NCBI GenBank assembly: GCA_024206165.1
Contig: JAAGZN010000600.1
Location: forward strand, 1 to 57,697
DNA: 57,697 bases
From: Bacteroidota bacterium
GTDB lineage: Bacteria; Bacteroidota; Bacteroidia; Cytophagales; Amoebophilaceae
Reading direction: 5' to 3'
Below, in pieces: positions 25,736 to 34,145 of this stretch. The notes beneath the pieces were generated by a model that searched no databases, was not told the origin of the DNA, and saw only the letters and a list, made by a program, of their open reading frames with translations. The stretch's first letter is position 1. Each line of letters opens with the position of its first letter. The translations under genes were made by a program, and so were the position numbers.

Positions 25736-26803
25736 TTATGATGTTGTTTTACGCAAAACATAACAGGTATCTCTGCCTTTACCAATTCTTTTGACAATGC
25801 CTCTTTTCATTAGTTCTTCAAAAATACGGTAAACAGTATTACTGCTCACATTAAAGTATTCTTGCAAAGCACTATTAGTGCCTGTTCCATATCTTTTTAA
25901 ATATTCTACTGTTTTAACATGTCTCTCTTTCATTAAAACTTGTTTATTTGTAACCTGTTTTTCTTTATTACCTCTTAGGAGCTCCATTTTTTCTCTCATA
26001 CTATAAATACTTAAAGAAGCTCCACAACATATATATTCCAGCCAACCTGTTAAATCTAAAGTTTTTGGATCAATTGTATTTAATGTAGCATAATATTTAG
26101 GTCTTTCATTCCAATAATAATCATCTAAATAAAAGAATCGTTTAGGGTCAAAACCATCTCTAAATAGAACCAAATAGGCTAATGCCCTTGCTGTTCTTCC
26201 ATTTCCATCAATAAAAGGATGTATTCGCACAAATTCATAATGAACAAGGCCTGCCTTAAGAATAGAGTTTAATTCTATTATGTCGTCACTATTCAACCAT
26301 TCTAACAGTTCATTCATTAATTTAGGTACTTCTTTTGTTTCTGGCGGTCTAAAAACAACCTTTCCTGTTAAACTATTTACAACACATACATTCTCTTTGT
26401 TTTTTCTATATCTTCCGCTTTGATCAGGTTTTCTCATAACCTTATCTGTAATGAGTTTATGCAGGTTTAAAATAGTTTCATTGGTTATTAATGGAGTTTT
26501 AGTAGCTGTTTGTTTAAATTCATTGATATATTTTAAAGCATTGAAATAATTTATAACTTCTTGAGTATCTTTAAATAAAGCGTCAATATGTCTACCAAGA
26601 AATAAACTAGCAACTTGTTCTTTATATAGCCTATTTCCTTCAATAGCAGTACTTGCATGCGACATCTCTATAATGGCTTCTTTTCTAAAGTCTTCTTCCC
26701 ATTTGCGTATTAAAGGCGTATCTAAAACTTTTGCTCTATTTACTGCTATATCAGTTAAATAATTTAGCATTTTAGGTGTTATTTTAAAATTTGGTTTAAA
26801 CAT
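25736..26803 (-). CDS. Fic family protein (second copy) with C-terminal wHTH
   Basis: Fic motif HPFIDGNGRTARAL; inhibitory motif STAIEGN; C-terminal SNTVYRIFEELMKRGIVKRIGKGRDTCY wHTH. Confidence 0.85.
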   Translation of the reverse strand: MFKPNFKITPKMLNYLTDIAVNRAKVLDTPLIRKWEEDFRKEAIIEMSHASTAIEGNRLYKEQVASLFLGRHIDALFKDTQEVINYFNALKYINEFKQTATKTPLITNETILNLHKLITDKVMRKPDQSGRYRKNKENVCVVNSLTGKVVFRPPETKEVPKLMNELLEWLNSDDIIELNSILKAGLVHYEFVRIHPFIDGNGRTARALAYLVLFRDGFDPKRFFYLDDYYWNERPKYYATLNTIDPKTLDLTGWLEYICCGASLSIYSMREKMELLRGNKEKQVTNKQVLMKERHVKTVEYLKRYGTGTNSALQEYFNVSSNTVYRIFEELMKRGIVKRIGKGRDTCYVLRKTTS

Positions 26804-26821
26804 TTAAGCCTCTATTTTTAT

Positions 26822-27814
26822 TTATTTTAAATCTGTATTCTCTGCCGCAGCTAGTTTATCTTTATTCTTTTTATACCAAGGAATGATGATTTTGCGAATA
26901 ATAAAACTCATTTTTTCTTTATTTTTGTTTACATCTACAAAATTATGATTAACTCCTGGCAGTAGATGAAATTCAAAATTATCATAGTCTTTAACCTGAT
27001 TTTTTAAATATTCAAAACTTTCGATAGGAACACTATAATCTTTATCCCCAATAATATAAAGTACAGGCACTTTTAACTTTTTTATATATGGTATTGGGTC
27101 ATATTCTAAAGCAGAAGCCCATATTTTATAAGGTCTTCCTAACCAAAATAAGTCTTCTCTAGGATTATCTTTTATATCTTGAAATTTATCCTGCAAATCT
27201 TGCTTATCAAAAATACCAGTATACTCAAATGCTCCCTGTCCTTTTTCTTGGGCCATTTCTTTTTCTAAAAATATCTCAAATTCTTTTTTCTGTGGTAAGC
27301 CTCCTGCTCCTAATACAATTAATCCACTTAGATTTGGGATATTTGAAGCTATTTTAGGCGCTATTACTCCACCATCACTATCTGCCATAACAGCTACTTC
27401 AGTTAGCTTATTCTTATAAATATCTTCTTTAACATGGTTTAAAACGAAATTTATATCATTAATTCTTCTCTCAAATGAATTTGTCTTGTAAAACAATTTT
27501 TTATCATCATAACCATATTTCTCTATAAATAAGACATCATATCCTAAATATACAGCAGGAGCACCTCTATATCCATATTCTTTAACAGAAAATCTACCTG
27601 AGCCTTGTATATATAATAAAAGTTTATTAGAAGGTTCTGTGTTTTTTTCTTCGGTACAAATATAAAAGGATATGGATTTTCCTTTATCATTTTTAACACT
27701 ATAGTCTTTAATAGACATATCTATTCTTGTACAAGCAACTAAAGATAGCCCAAAACAAGCTAAAATTAGCCATTTAAGACATTTTACTGAAATTGATATA
27801 TTAATTTTGTTCAT
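26822..27814 (-). CDS. Alpha/beta hydrolase lipoprotein
   Basis: 330 aa; signal plus lipobox LILACFGLSLVAC; hydrolase-like VAVMADSDGG nucleophile elbow; late IIGDKDYSVP and NH motifs. Confidence 0.55.
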   Translation of the reverse strand: MNKINISISVKCLKWLILACFGLSLVACTRIDMSIKDYSVKNDKGKSISFYICTEEKNTEPSNKLLLYIQGSGRFSVKEYGYRGAPAVYLGYDVLFIEKYGYDDKKLFYKTNSFERRINDINFVLNHVKEDIYKNKLTEVAVMADSDGGVIAPKIASNIPNLSGLIVLGAGGLPQKKEFEIFLEKEMAQEKGQGAFEYTGIFDKQDLQDKFQDIKDNPREDLFWLGRPYKIWASALEYDPIPYIKKLKVPVLYIIGDKDYSVPIESFEYLKNQVKDYDNFEFHLLPGVNHNFVDVNKNKEKMSFIIRKIIIPWYKKNKDKLAAAENTDLK

Positions 27815-29153
27815 ATTTTATCTCTTTAGAATGAAATTCATAATAAATATTTTTTCTCCATTTTTTCCCTAATTCTGTCAATTCAATTTTTTGATCATTA
27901 ATTTTTACTAAAGAATGTTGTTTCAGTTTCGTAAAAATCTCATGGAAAATATCCATAGGGTCTTTTTTAAATTTATTATAAAAATCTATACGATTTAATT
28001 TCGCAGAATAGAAATTATGTATAATATATCTTTCCATTAAATTTTTATAACTAGCTTTAGGAGATAGGCTGTCAGCTTCAAAGTATAAACCATTTTTTAC
28101 TTGATTTTTATATATTTCTGAATCTTTTGTAATGGTAAACTGATATCCATTAATAAAACTATATGCACCTGCTCCAAATCCCAATATTTCACTGCTGCTA
28201 TTACAGCTTAATTGGACATATTTTTGCCTATGATTGGGTTGAGTAAAAATGCCTCTAACTTGTTCGGAATAATTATATTCTTTTAATTTTTCAACAGTCC
28301 AAAGATACCATTCATATTCGATATCAAGATCATGTTGCTGTTTTAAGTGTCCATTTTTAATCAAGTCCTCTGCTTTACTTCCTGGAAATACAACATAATT
28401 TCCTACACTTATACTTTCTGGTTTAACCTTCAGTATTATTTCTATATCTTTCTTCCATTGTTCAAATGTTTGTCCTGGAACATTAAAAAGTAAATCTACA
28501 TTAACAGCTTCAAAGCCTACAGAAAGAGCATTATTAAGAGATTCTAATGCTGTTTTTCGCCTGTGAGCTGTATTAAGTGCTTCTAAAGTTATGTTCTGTC
28601 CACTTTGATATCCTATAGATAATCTAGTGACTCCACTCTTTTTTATGTTTTCTAAATAGTTTAAAGAAAAATCTAGGGGATTCCCTTCTAAATTAATCTC
28701 TATATCTAATGTCATGTTAAATGAATTTTTTAATACATTTATTAATCTCTCTACTTGATTTACTGTTAATACAGAAGCAGTTCCTCCACCTATATAAATC
28801 GCTCCACATTTAGATGAAGTAACCCGTATAGTATCTGCATATGCTTTTATCTGGCTAATTAGAACATTCAGATAATCATTTAAAAAAGAATTTTTATCTG
28901 CATTATCCGGAAGGAAACCTCTAAAACAGCAACAAGAATTACATTTAGTTCTACAATATGGAATTGAAACATAAATTGTAAATAAATCCTCTTTCAAGTA
29001 AGCTTTATCTAAATCTAATTTATCTTTTAAACAAAATGTTTCATGCCCTAAAGAAGATTTCATTGGAGGATAAATAAAAAAATTTATTTCATCAGGAACT
29101 GAAACATATGGAAAATCTAGAGTCCTGCTTGTTTTTTCCCTTTTTCCATTCAT
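27801..29153 (-). CDS. HemN-like (coproporphyrinogen III oxidase family) radical SAM enzyme
   Basis: 450 aa; CRTKCNSC (Cx3Cx2C), IYIGGGTASVL (GGGTPS-like), plus the C-terminal HemN_C-like region. Confidence 0.8.
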   Translation of the reverse strand: MNGKREKTSRTLDFPYVSVPDEINFFIYPPMKSSLGHETFCLKDKLDLDKAYLKEDLFTIYVSIPYCRTKCNSCCCFRGFLPDNADKNSFLNDYLNVLISQIKAYADTIRVTSSKCGAIYIGGGTASVLTVNQVERLINVLKNSFNMTLDIEINLEGNPLDFSLNYLENIKKSGVTRLSIGYQSGQNITLEALNTAHRRKTALESLNNALSVGFEAVNVDLLFNVPGQTFEQWKKDIEIILKVKPESISVGNYVVFPGSKAEDLIKNGHLKQQHDLDIEYEWYLWTVEKLKEYNYSEQVRGIFTQPNHRQKYVQLSCNSSSEILGFGAGAYSFINGYQFTITKDSEIYKNQVKNGLYFEADSLSPKASYKNLMERYIIHNFYSAKLNRIDFYNKFKKDPMDIFHEIFTKLKQHSLVKINDQKIELTELGKKWRKNIYYEFHSKEIKYEQN

Positions 29154-29172
29154 TGTTTTATTTCTCCTTCTT

Positions 29173-29853
29173 TTAAGTAATCTGAATATCTAATGAATAT
29201 AATAATGCCATAGCTTCAGGTAATGTGAATTTGGCTTGTTTTACTTTATTTATAGTTATATCAATAGTATAATTTTTAGCATTTCTAAAATTTGTTTTTG
29301 TGAGATTAGTATTTAAAAACAAACTATCAACTAAATTTGTTTCTTTAAAATTTGCTTCTGTAAGATCTGCTTCCCTGAAATCAACATCCTTAGCAAGACA
29401 CCCTATTATCTCAATTTCTTTTAACTTCATGGCTAAAAATGTGGAATAACTTATATTACACTCAAAAAAATTTATGGGACGATAAAGTTGAGTTCTTTCC
29501 CAAGTCGCTTCTGTCCAGTTAATTCCAACAAGTTTAGAATTTTTAAAACTTGTATTTGAATAAGCACTGTTTTTTATCTTAACAGAACTTAAATTTGAAT
29601 TTTCAAAGTTACAATCATAAAATTTACAATTTTGTAAAAATGATTCACTAAAATCACACTTTATAAAATTACAATCATAAAACTCTTTTGAAATTATTTC
29701 ATCTTTAGTTAAAATGATGTCTTCAAAAACTTTTTCGCTATATTCTATATCATTAAAATTGTTCATATTGTTTATCTCCTGATATTTTTTAAGATAATAA
29801 TTTTTTAAAATAGTCCTTTTGCATTTTTTCTTTACGTATAGTTGCATCATCAA
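29173..29853 (-). CDS. Pentapeptide-repeat protein
   Basis: Consecutive A(D/N)LxX-type repeats: FYDCNFIKCDFSESFLQNCKFYDCNFENSNLSSVKIKNSAY...FREADLTEANFKETNLVDSLFLNTNLTKTNFRNAK. The likely start is ATG 29766 (MNNFNDIEY) after CAGGAGATAAACAAT, which removes the overlap with the upstream gene. Confidence 0.85.
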   Translation of the reverse strand: MMMQLYVKKKCKRTILKNYYLKKYQEINNMNNFNDIEYSEKVFEDIILTKDEIISKEFYDCNFIKCDFSESFLQNCKFYDCNFENSNLSSVKIKNSAYSNTSFKNSKLVGINWTEATWERTQLYRPINFFECNISYSTFLAMKLKEIEIIGCLAKDVDFREADLTEANFKETNLVDSLFLNTNLTKTNFRNAKNYTIDITINKVKQAKFTLPEAMALLYSLDIQIT

Positions 29854-31303
29854 GAACCACTGAAGTCTTAGAAGTTTTTGTTATGAGTTCACTATGTTTG
29901 TATCCTAGATTCCGTAACCTAGAATAAACTGCCCAATCAGCAAGAGGTTTCTTTTTTAAAAAAGACTCTTGTATTTTTCTTGTAAGTTTTTCTGCATATT
30001 CTTTATTCATAAATTCATTTTGCCACTGAGGACCATCTGTCGATATTCCTGTCCCTAATTGTGGACCTGTAATTGTATATCCATATTTTTCGGGATTTGC
30101 TGCTATTTTAGAGATAGGAGCATTTGGATTATCAGTTGTTGGCCTAATATTTAAAGGACTGAAAACAGCATCATCTAAAGGACAATCCTCTTTTTGTAAC
30201 CATTCAACTGTACTCCAAATAGATTCTTCTGATTCTCCTGGCAATCCTACAATAAATGATCCAGTAGTAATTATTTCACCTTTCCATGTTTCTTTAAGAT
30301 AATAAAGAGTTTCTTTTATTTTATCTGGATGTATTCCTTTCCCTATTTCTTTTGCAGCAGCAGGATTTAAAGTTTCTATTCCTATCAAAATAGCCTTAAG
30401 ACCTGACTCAATAAGTAATTCTCTTTGCTCCGGATGTGAATATATAACATCAACTCGTCCATATCCTGTCCATTCTAATTTAAAAGGTAATTGTTGAAAA
30501 AGATTATGCAATCTTATTACTTTTTCATGACTATCATTATAGGTGTCATCGCAAAACATATATCCTGTAGTTCCAAAAAGCTCATAATTACGTATCAACT
30601 CTTCCTTTAATATTTCTGTAGACTTAGTATATTCTCCTGGATTTTTATGTAAAGGATTAGCACAAAATGCACACCTAAAAATACATCCTCTATCTATTTC
30701 TATAGGTAAATGTTCATTTGGGAATAAATAATCTTGTTTTTGCCACATTATTTTTGATTTATAGTAATCATCATAACATGGATAATCTTTATTAGAAATA
30801 ATACTTCCTATTTGTCCAGGAGTAGTAACAAGTTCATTTCCAAATTTTAAATGATTCGCCAATGCGATAACACTTCTATCAGCTAACCCCCAAAACCAAT
30901 AATCTACTCCTTTTAATGTTGTGACATTTGCTTTTCCTCCACCTATTACAATTTTTATTTGGGGATTCCTTTTTTTAAAAATATTAAACATTTCCTGAAC
31001 AAAATCTTCATCTTGTGGCAAATGTCCTGAATATCGATTTTCTTTAGTTCTATCAAGCCTAGAAATTGATGATTTTTTGGTCTTTTTTATTAAAAGAGTT
31101 GTAGCAAATCCAACAAACAATGTGTTGTTATCAATAAATTTATAGGTAATATCCTCAATATCTTTCAAAGTAATATCTGCAAAAAATTCTATAACTTGAG
31201 TGCTATATCCTGCCTTTCGAAGCTCAGTAGCAATTCTATATGCCCCTGCATATCTTCCAAATCCTATTACACCATTAACATCCGTAAATATTATTACATT
31301 CAT
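29789..31303 (-). CDS. B12-binding-domain radical SAM enzyme
   Basis: 504 aa; N-terminal Rossmann-like cobalamin-binding region (MNVIIFTDVNG...AGAYRIATELRKAGY), then IEIDRGCIFRCAFCANP (Cx3Cx2C). Confidence 0.8.
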   Translation of the reverse strand: MNVIIFTDVNGVIGFGRYAGAYRIATELRKAGYSTQVIEFFADITLKDIEDITYKFIDNNTLFVGFATTLLIKKTKKSSISRLDRTKENRYSGHLPQDEDFVQEMFNIFKKRNPQIKIVIGGGKANVTTLKGVDYWFWGLADRSVIALANHLKFGNELVTTPGQIGSIISNKDYPCYDDYYKSKIMWQKQDYLFPNEHLPIEIDRGCIFRCAFCANPLHKNPGEYTKSTEILKEELIRNYELFGTTGYMFCDDTYNDSHEKVIRLHNLFQQLPFKLEWTGYGRVDVIYSHPEQRELLIESGLKAILIGIETLNPAAAKEIGKGIHPDKIKETLYYLKETWKGEIITTGSFIVGLPGESEESIWSTVEWLQKEDCPLDDAVFSPLNIRPTTDNPNAPISKIAANPEKYGYTITGPQLGTGISTDGPQWQNEFMNKEYAEKLTRKIQESFLKKKPLADWAVYSRLRNLGYKHSELITKTSKTSVVLDDATIRKEKMQKDYFKKLLS

Positions 31304-32736
31304 TTTTTATCTCCAAAAATATTTCTAAAACCTTGTATCATTTCAAAAGGTAATATATAATCTCTACAAGATAAATTTGCTCCTTCATAGCCTAACTTTG
31401 TCAACTTTTTATAATGCTTAATAGTATTATCAATATTTCCCTGCCCTAAAGTTAGGTCTATATCTTTAAAAACTGCTGAAAAAACACTAGAAAAAATACA
31501 TCCCATTAAATCATAATCCGATGTACGATAATCTACCATCATGGCAAAAGGATTTTTTTTATCTATAGATGATGGCATATATCTTAATTCATGAATAGGT
31601 TTATTTAATTTTATCATGCCACCTTCTGTAAATAATATATCTCTTTTTTTTATAAATCGTTGAATAGCTTTCACATAATCAAAACAATGTGGAGCTGAAT
31701 CATCAACAATTATTGTTCCCGGTTTAAGCATATCAACATTAAGTACATTTTCAATATTTGTAGCTCCTATTATAAAAGTTGTTTTATAAAAATCGATAGG
31801 AACTTGTGCTTTTGAAATAACTATCTTCACTTCTCCTTTAAACCCAAAACCATCAATTATTTCCTTTTTAATTTGTTCCAATAATTCATATTTTCCAAAC
31901 ACATCACACAATGTAATAGTTAATGGATGAGGAAGCACTTTTAACATTAATCTTAAAGAAGTTAATCCTATTGATCCTAGTCCTAATAAGCCTACTTTTT
32001 CTTGTTCAATAAATCTATTACTCATGCACAAAATTTTTTTAATTGCAAAAATTACTGAACTAGCTGTTGTAGCATGCCCCGTTGAAATTTTTGGGAAATC
32101 TTTTTTTTCAACAACTCTTTTATTTACGTCATTGCCATAATCAGTTGCAGAGGGGAGTAATCCAGTAAGGGAAACTACTTTAGCATCTAAACTTTTTGCA
32201 ATCTCGATTCCAGCCATAATATTATCTAATAAATTTTCTGAATTATTATAAATTTCAAAAGCAAATATCGGTAAAGTTATATGACAAATACGTCCTAATT
32301 CAGTTGTAAAAATTCGTCTAATTTGTGGAAGATTCTTGAACCATTTTTGGATTATTTCATTTTTAGTTAAACCCATATCATGAGGCAATGTATTAGGTAA
32401 ATATCCTAATGCAACTGCATCTACCTTTTGAATTTTTCTAGTATTATATAATGTTAATAAAGAACGTTTTTCGAATTTCAAAAATGAAAAAGAAGATAAC
32501 TGATTAGAAATTTTTGTAATTTTGTTTATTGTTTCTAAACTTTTTTCTGGATTAGAAATGTAATCCTCTTTAAAATAATCACTGATTGCAGCAATACTTT
32601 GATAAGACAATAAAAATTTCACGGAGATATTATGTTCTAACAAAACCGACATTTTAGATACTAACTGGATCGCTTGAAGAGAATGCCCACCTAAATCAAA
32701 AAAATTATCATTAATACTTATATTGTGAACTCCCAA
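31300..32736 (-). CDS. Carrier-protein (T) domain fused to an acyl-ACP-reductase-like NAD(P) Rossmann domain
   Basis: N-terminus (KLLKIWEQVL)GVHNISINDNFFDLGGHSLQAIQL is a PCP core. The C-terminal ~390 aa have SLTGLLPSAT, STGHATTAS, VGLLGLGSIGLT (GxGxxG), IIVDDSAPH and LMGCIFSSVF. These parallel cyanobacterial acyl-ACP reductase (ALGGFTSI, TTGNTHTA, VVGATGDIG, LIDGGYP, MFACFAEAM with the catalytic Cys). No ATG: the frame opens just after a TAA at 32766-32764 and the track start is TTG. Confidence 0.55.
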   Translation of the reverse strand: MGVHNISINDNFFDLGGHSLQAIQLVSKMSVLLEHNISVKFLLSYQSIAAISDYFKEDYISNPEKSLETINKITKISNQLSSFSFLKFEKRSLLTLYNTRKIQKVDAVALGYLPNTLPHDMGLTKNEIIQKWFKNLPQIRRIFTTELGRICHITLPIFAFEIYNNSENLLDNIMAGIEIAKSLDAKVVSLTGLLPSATDYGNDVNKRVVEKKDFPKISTGHATTASSVIFAIKKILCMSNRFIEQEKVGLLGLGSIGLTSLRLMLKVLPHPLTITLCDVFGKYELLEQIKKEIIDGFGFKGEVKIVISKAQVPIDFYKTTFIIGATNIENVLNVDMLKPGTIIVDDSAPHCFDYVKAIQRFIKKRDILFTEGGMIKLNKPIHELRYMPSSIDKKNPFAMMVDYRTSDYDLMGCIFSSVFSAVFKDIDLTLGQGNIDNTIKHYKKLTKLGYEGANLSCRDYILPFEMIQGFRNIFGDKK

Positions 32737-32887
32737 AACTTGTTCCCATATTTTTAATAATTTTTATTATCATGATACTTTTTAATGGATTTTATATTTT
32801 CTCCATATAGCAATATATTTATTGAGAAAATAAAGCCTAAAAATATTATTAACATTAATTTATTCAATTATTTTATCCTTTAATTTG

Positions 32888-33091
32888 CTATTTTATATTT
32901 GATTTTATTCTCTTTTTTCGTAAATCATAAATAACTAAATTATTTCCATCATAAAAACTTGAAACATATCTACCATTTGGCGATATGCTTGGAGAAAACC
33001 CCTCTATCCCTAATTTTGTTAATTTCCCTTTTTCCAATAAATATACATATCTGGTTAACTCATTAACTCTATGCGAACTAAATAACTTATT
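32888..33091 (-). pseudogene. Fragment of a beta-propeller paralogue, in frame directly after the stop of 33092..34132
   Basis: After TAA the frame continues NKLFSSHRVNELTRYVYLLEKGKLTKLGIEGFSPSISPNGRYVSSFYDGNNLVIYDLRKKRIKSNIK then TAG. It aligns to residues ~38-105 of the upstream protein (SKRSSDRNMYIYLLENGKLKNLKIESNMAKISPDGELVAAF...LCLYSLKENKIIKK). There is no start codon. Confidence 0.6.
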
Positions 33092-34132
33092 TTATTTTTC
33101 ATAAAATTCCTTAAGCCCTTCATACCACCAATCAGGACAACTATCATCACTATATTTGATTATTTTTTTCCCATTACTCTCTACGTCATATGGAACAGGA
33201 AATGTTACCATAATCTCTTTATCCCTTTCCCCAGCACGTCCAACTACTAAACTAAAAACTTGGTACGGATTATTAACTGCACTATAAATATACTTCCCTC
33301 TTGGACACAATCTTTCTGAACTATAAAATTTCTGAACTATATCTTCCACAACTTCATATTCTAACGTATCCACATTTAATTTATACAAACTTCCAAAGGC
33401 ATTATTTATTTGCTTCCAATCTTTATTATTTGTATGAATTAAAATATGTTTATTATCTGGATACCAACCAAGTGGAACAGCTATATCCCAAAGTTTTTTT
33501 ATTTTTTTCCCTTTAATATTCATAAGATATAATTTTGTCATATTTTCTTTAGAAACATCTTTATATTTTCCACTTTCTCCAATACAAGCAAGCATTCTTT
33601 TATTATTTGGAGAAATACAAATATCCTCGATATCATACCAAAATCCAACATCTCTAAATTTTTTCAAAATTTTTTCTTTTCCATTTCGAATATTTATACG
33701 CATTAAATATTTATTATATAAATTTCGACCATCCTCATTTTTATTGCCAGTCTTTTCATATGATCCATAAATTATATATTTATTATTTTTCCCCCACTCC
33801 AAGTTATTTACTATACCTATTTTTATAGAATATTTTTTTATAATTTTATTTTCTTTTAAACTATATAAACAAAGTTCATCATTTTCCTTATTATCACTTA
33901 CGAAAGCTGCTACAAGTTCACCATCCGGAGATATTTTTGCCATATTACTTTCTATTTTCAAATTTTTTAATTTCCCATTTTCTAATAAATATATATACAT
34001 ATTCCTATCAGAACTTCTTTTTGAAGTAAAAATCATTTTACCAGGTAAATCCTCCACAATTTTGATTTCTTCTGCAACAGTAAAACTTATTAATAATAAA
34101 TAACAAAAAAACAACAATAAACTTTTTTTCAT
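33092..34132 (-). CDS. Secreted TolB-like (PD40) beta-propeller protein
   Basis: 346 aa; signal peptide MKKSLLLFFCYLLLISFTVA; repeated ...ISPDG/ISPNN... blades (KISPDGELVA, CISPNNKRMLA). Confidence 0.6.
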   Translation of the reverse strand: MKKSLLLFFCYLLLISFTVAEEIKIVEDLPGKMIFTSKRSSDRNMYIYLLENGKLKNLKIESNMAKISPDGELVAAFVSDNKENDELCLYSLKENKIIKKYSIKIGIVNNLEWGKNNKYIIYGSYEKTGNKNEDGRNLYNKYLMRINIRNGKEKILKKFRDVGFWYDIEDICISPNNKRMLACIGESGKYKDVSKENMTKLYLMNIKGKKIKKLWDIAVPLGWYPDNKHILIHTNNKDWKQINNAFGSLYKLNVDTLEYEVVEDIVQKFYSSERLCPRGKYIYSAVNNPYQVFSLVVGRAGERDKEIMVTFPVPYDVESNGKKIIKYSDDSCPDWWYEGLKEFYEK

Positions 34133-34145
34133 ATTTAGTCTCCCA

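Noticed and set aside
32767-32887. A 33-codon minus-strand ORF (MLIIFLGFIFSINILLYGENIKSIKKYHDNKNY) resembling a signal peptide.
   Set aside because: It has no SD at a usable distance, is very short, and lies in what looks like degenerate junction DNA. It is mentioned only as possible debris of a secreted-protein gene.
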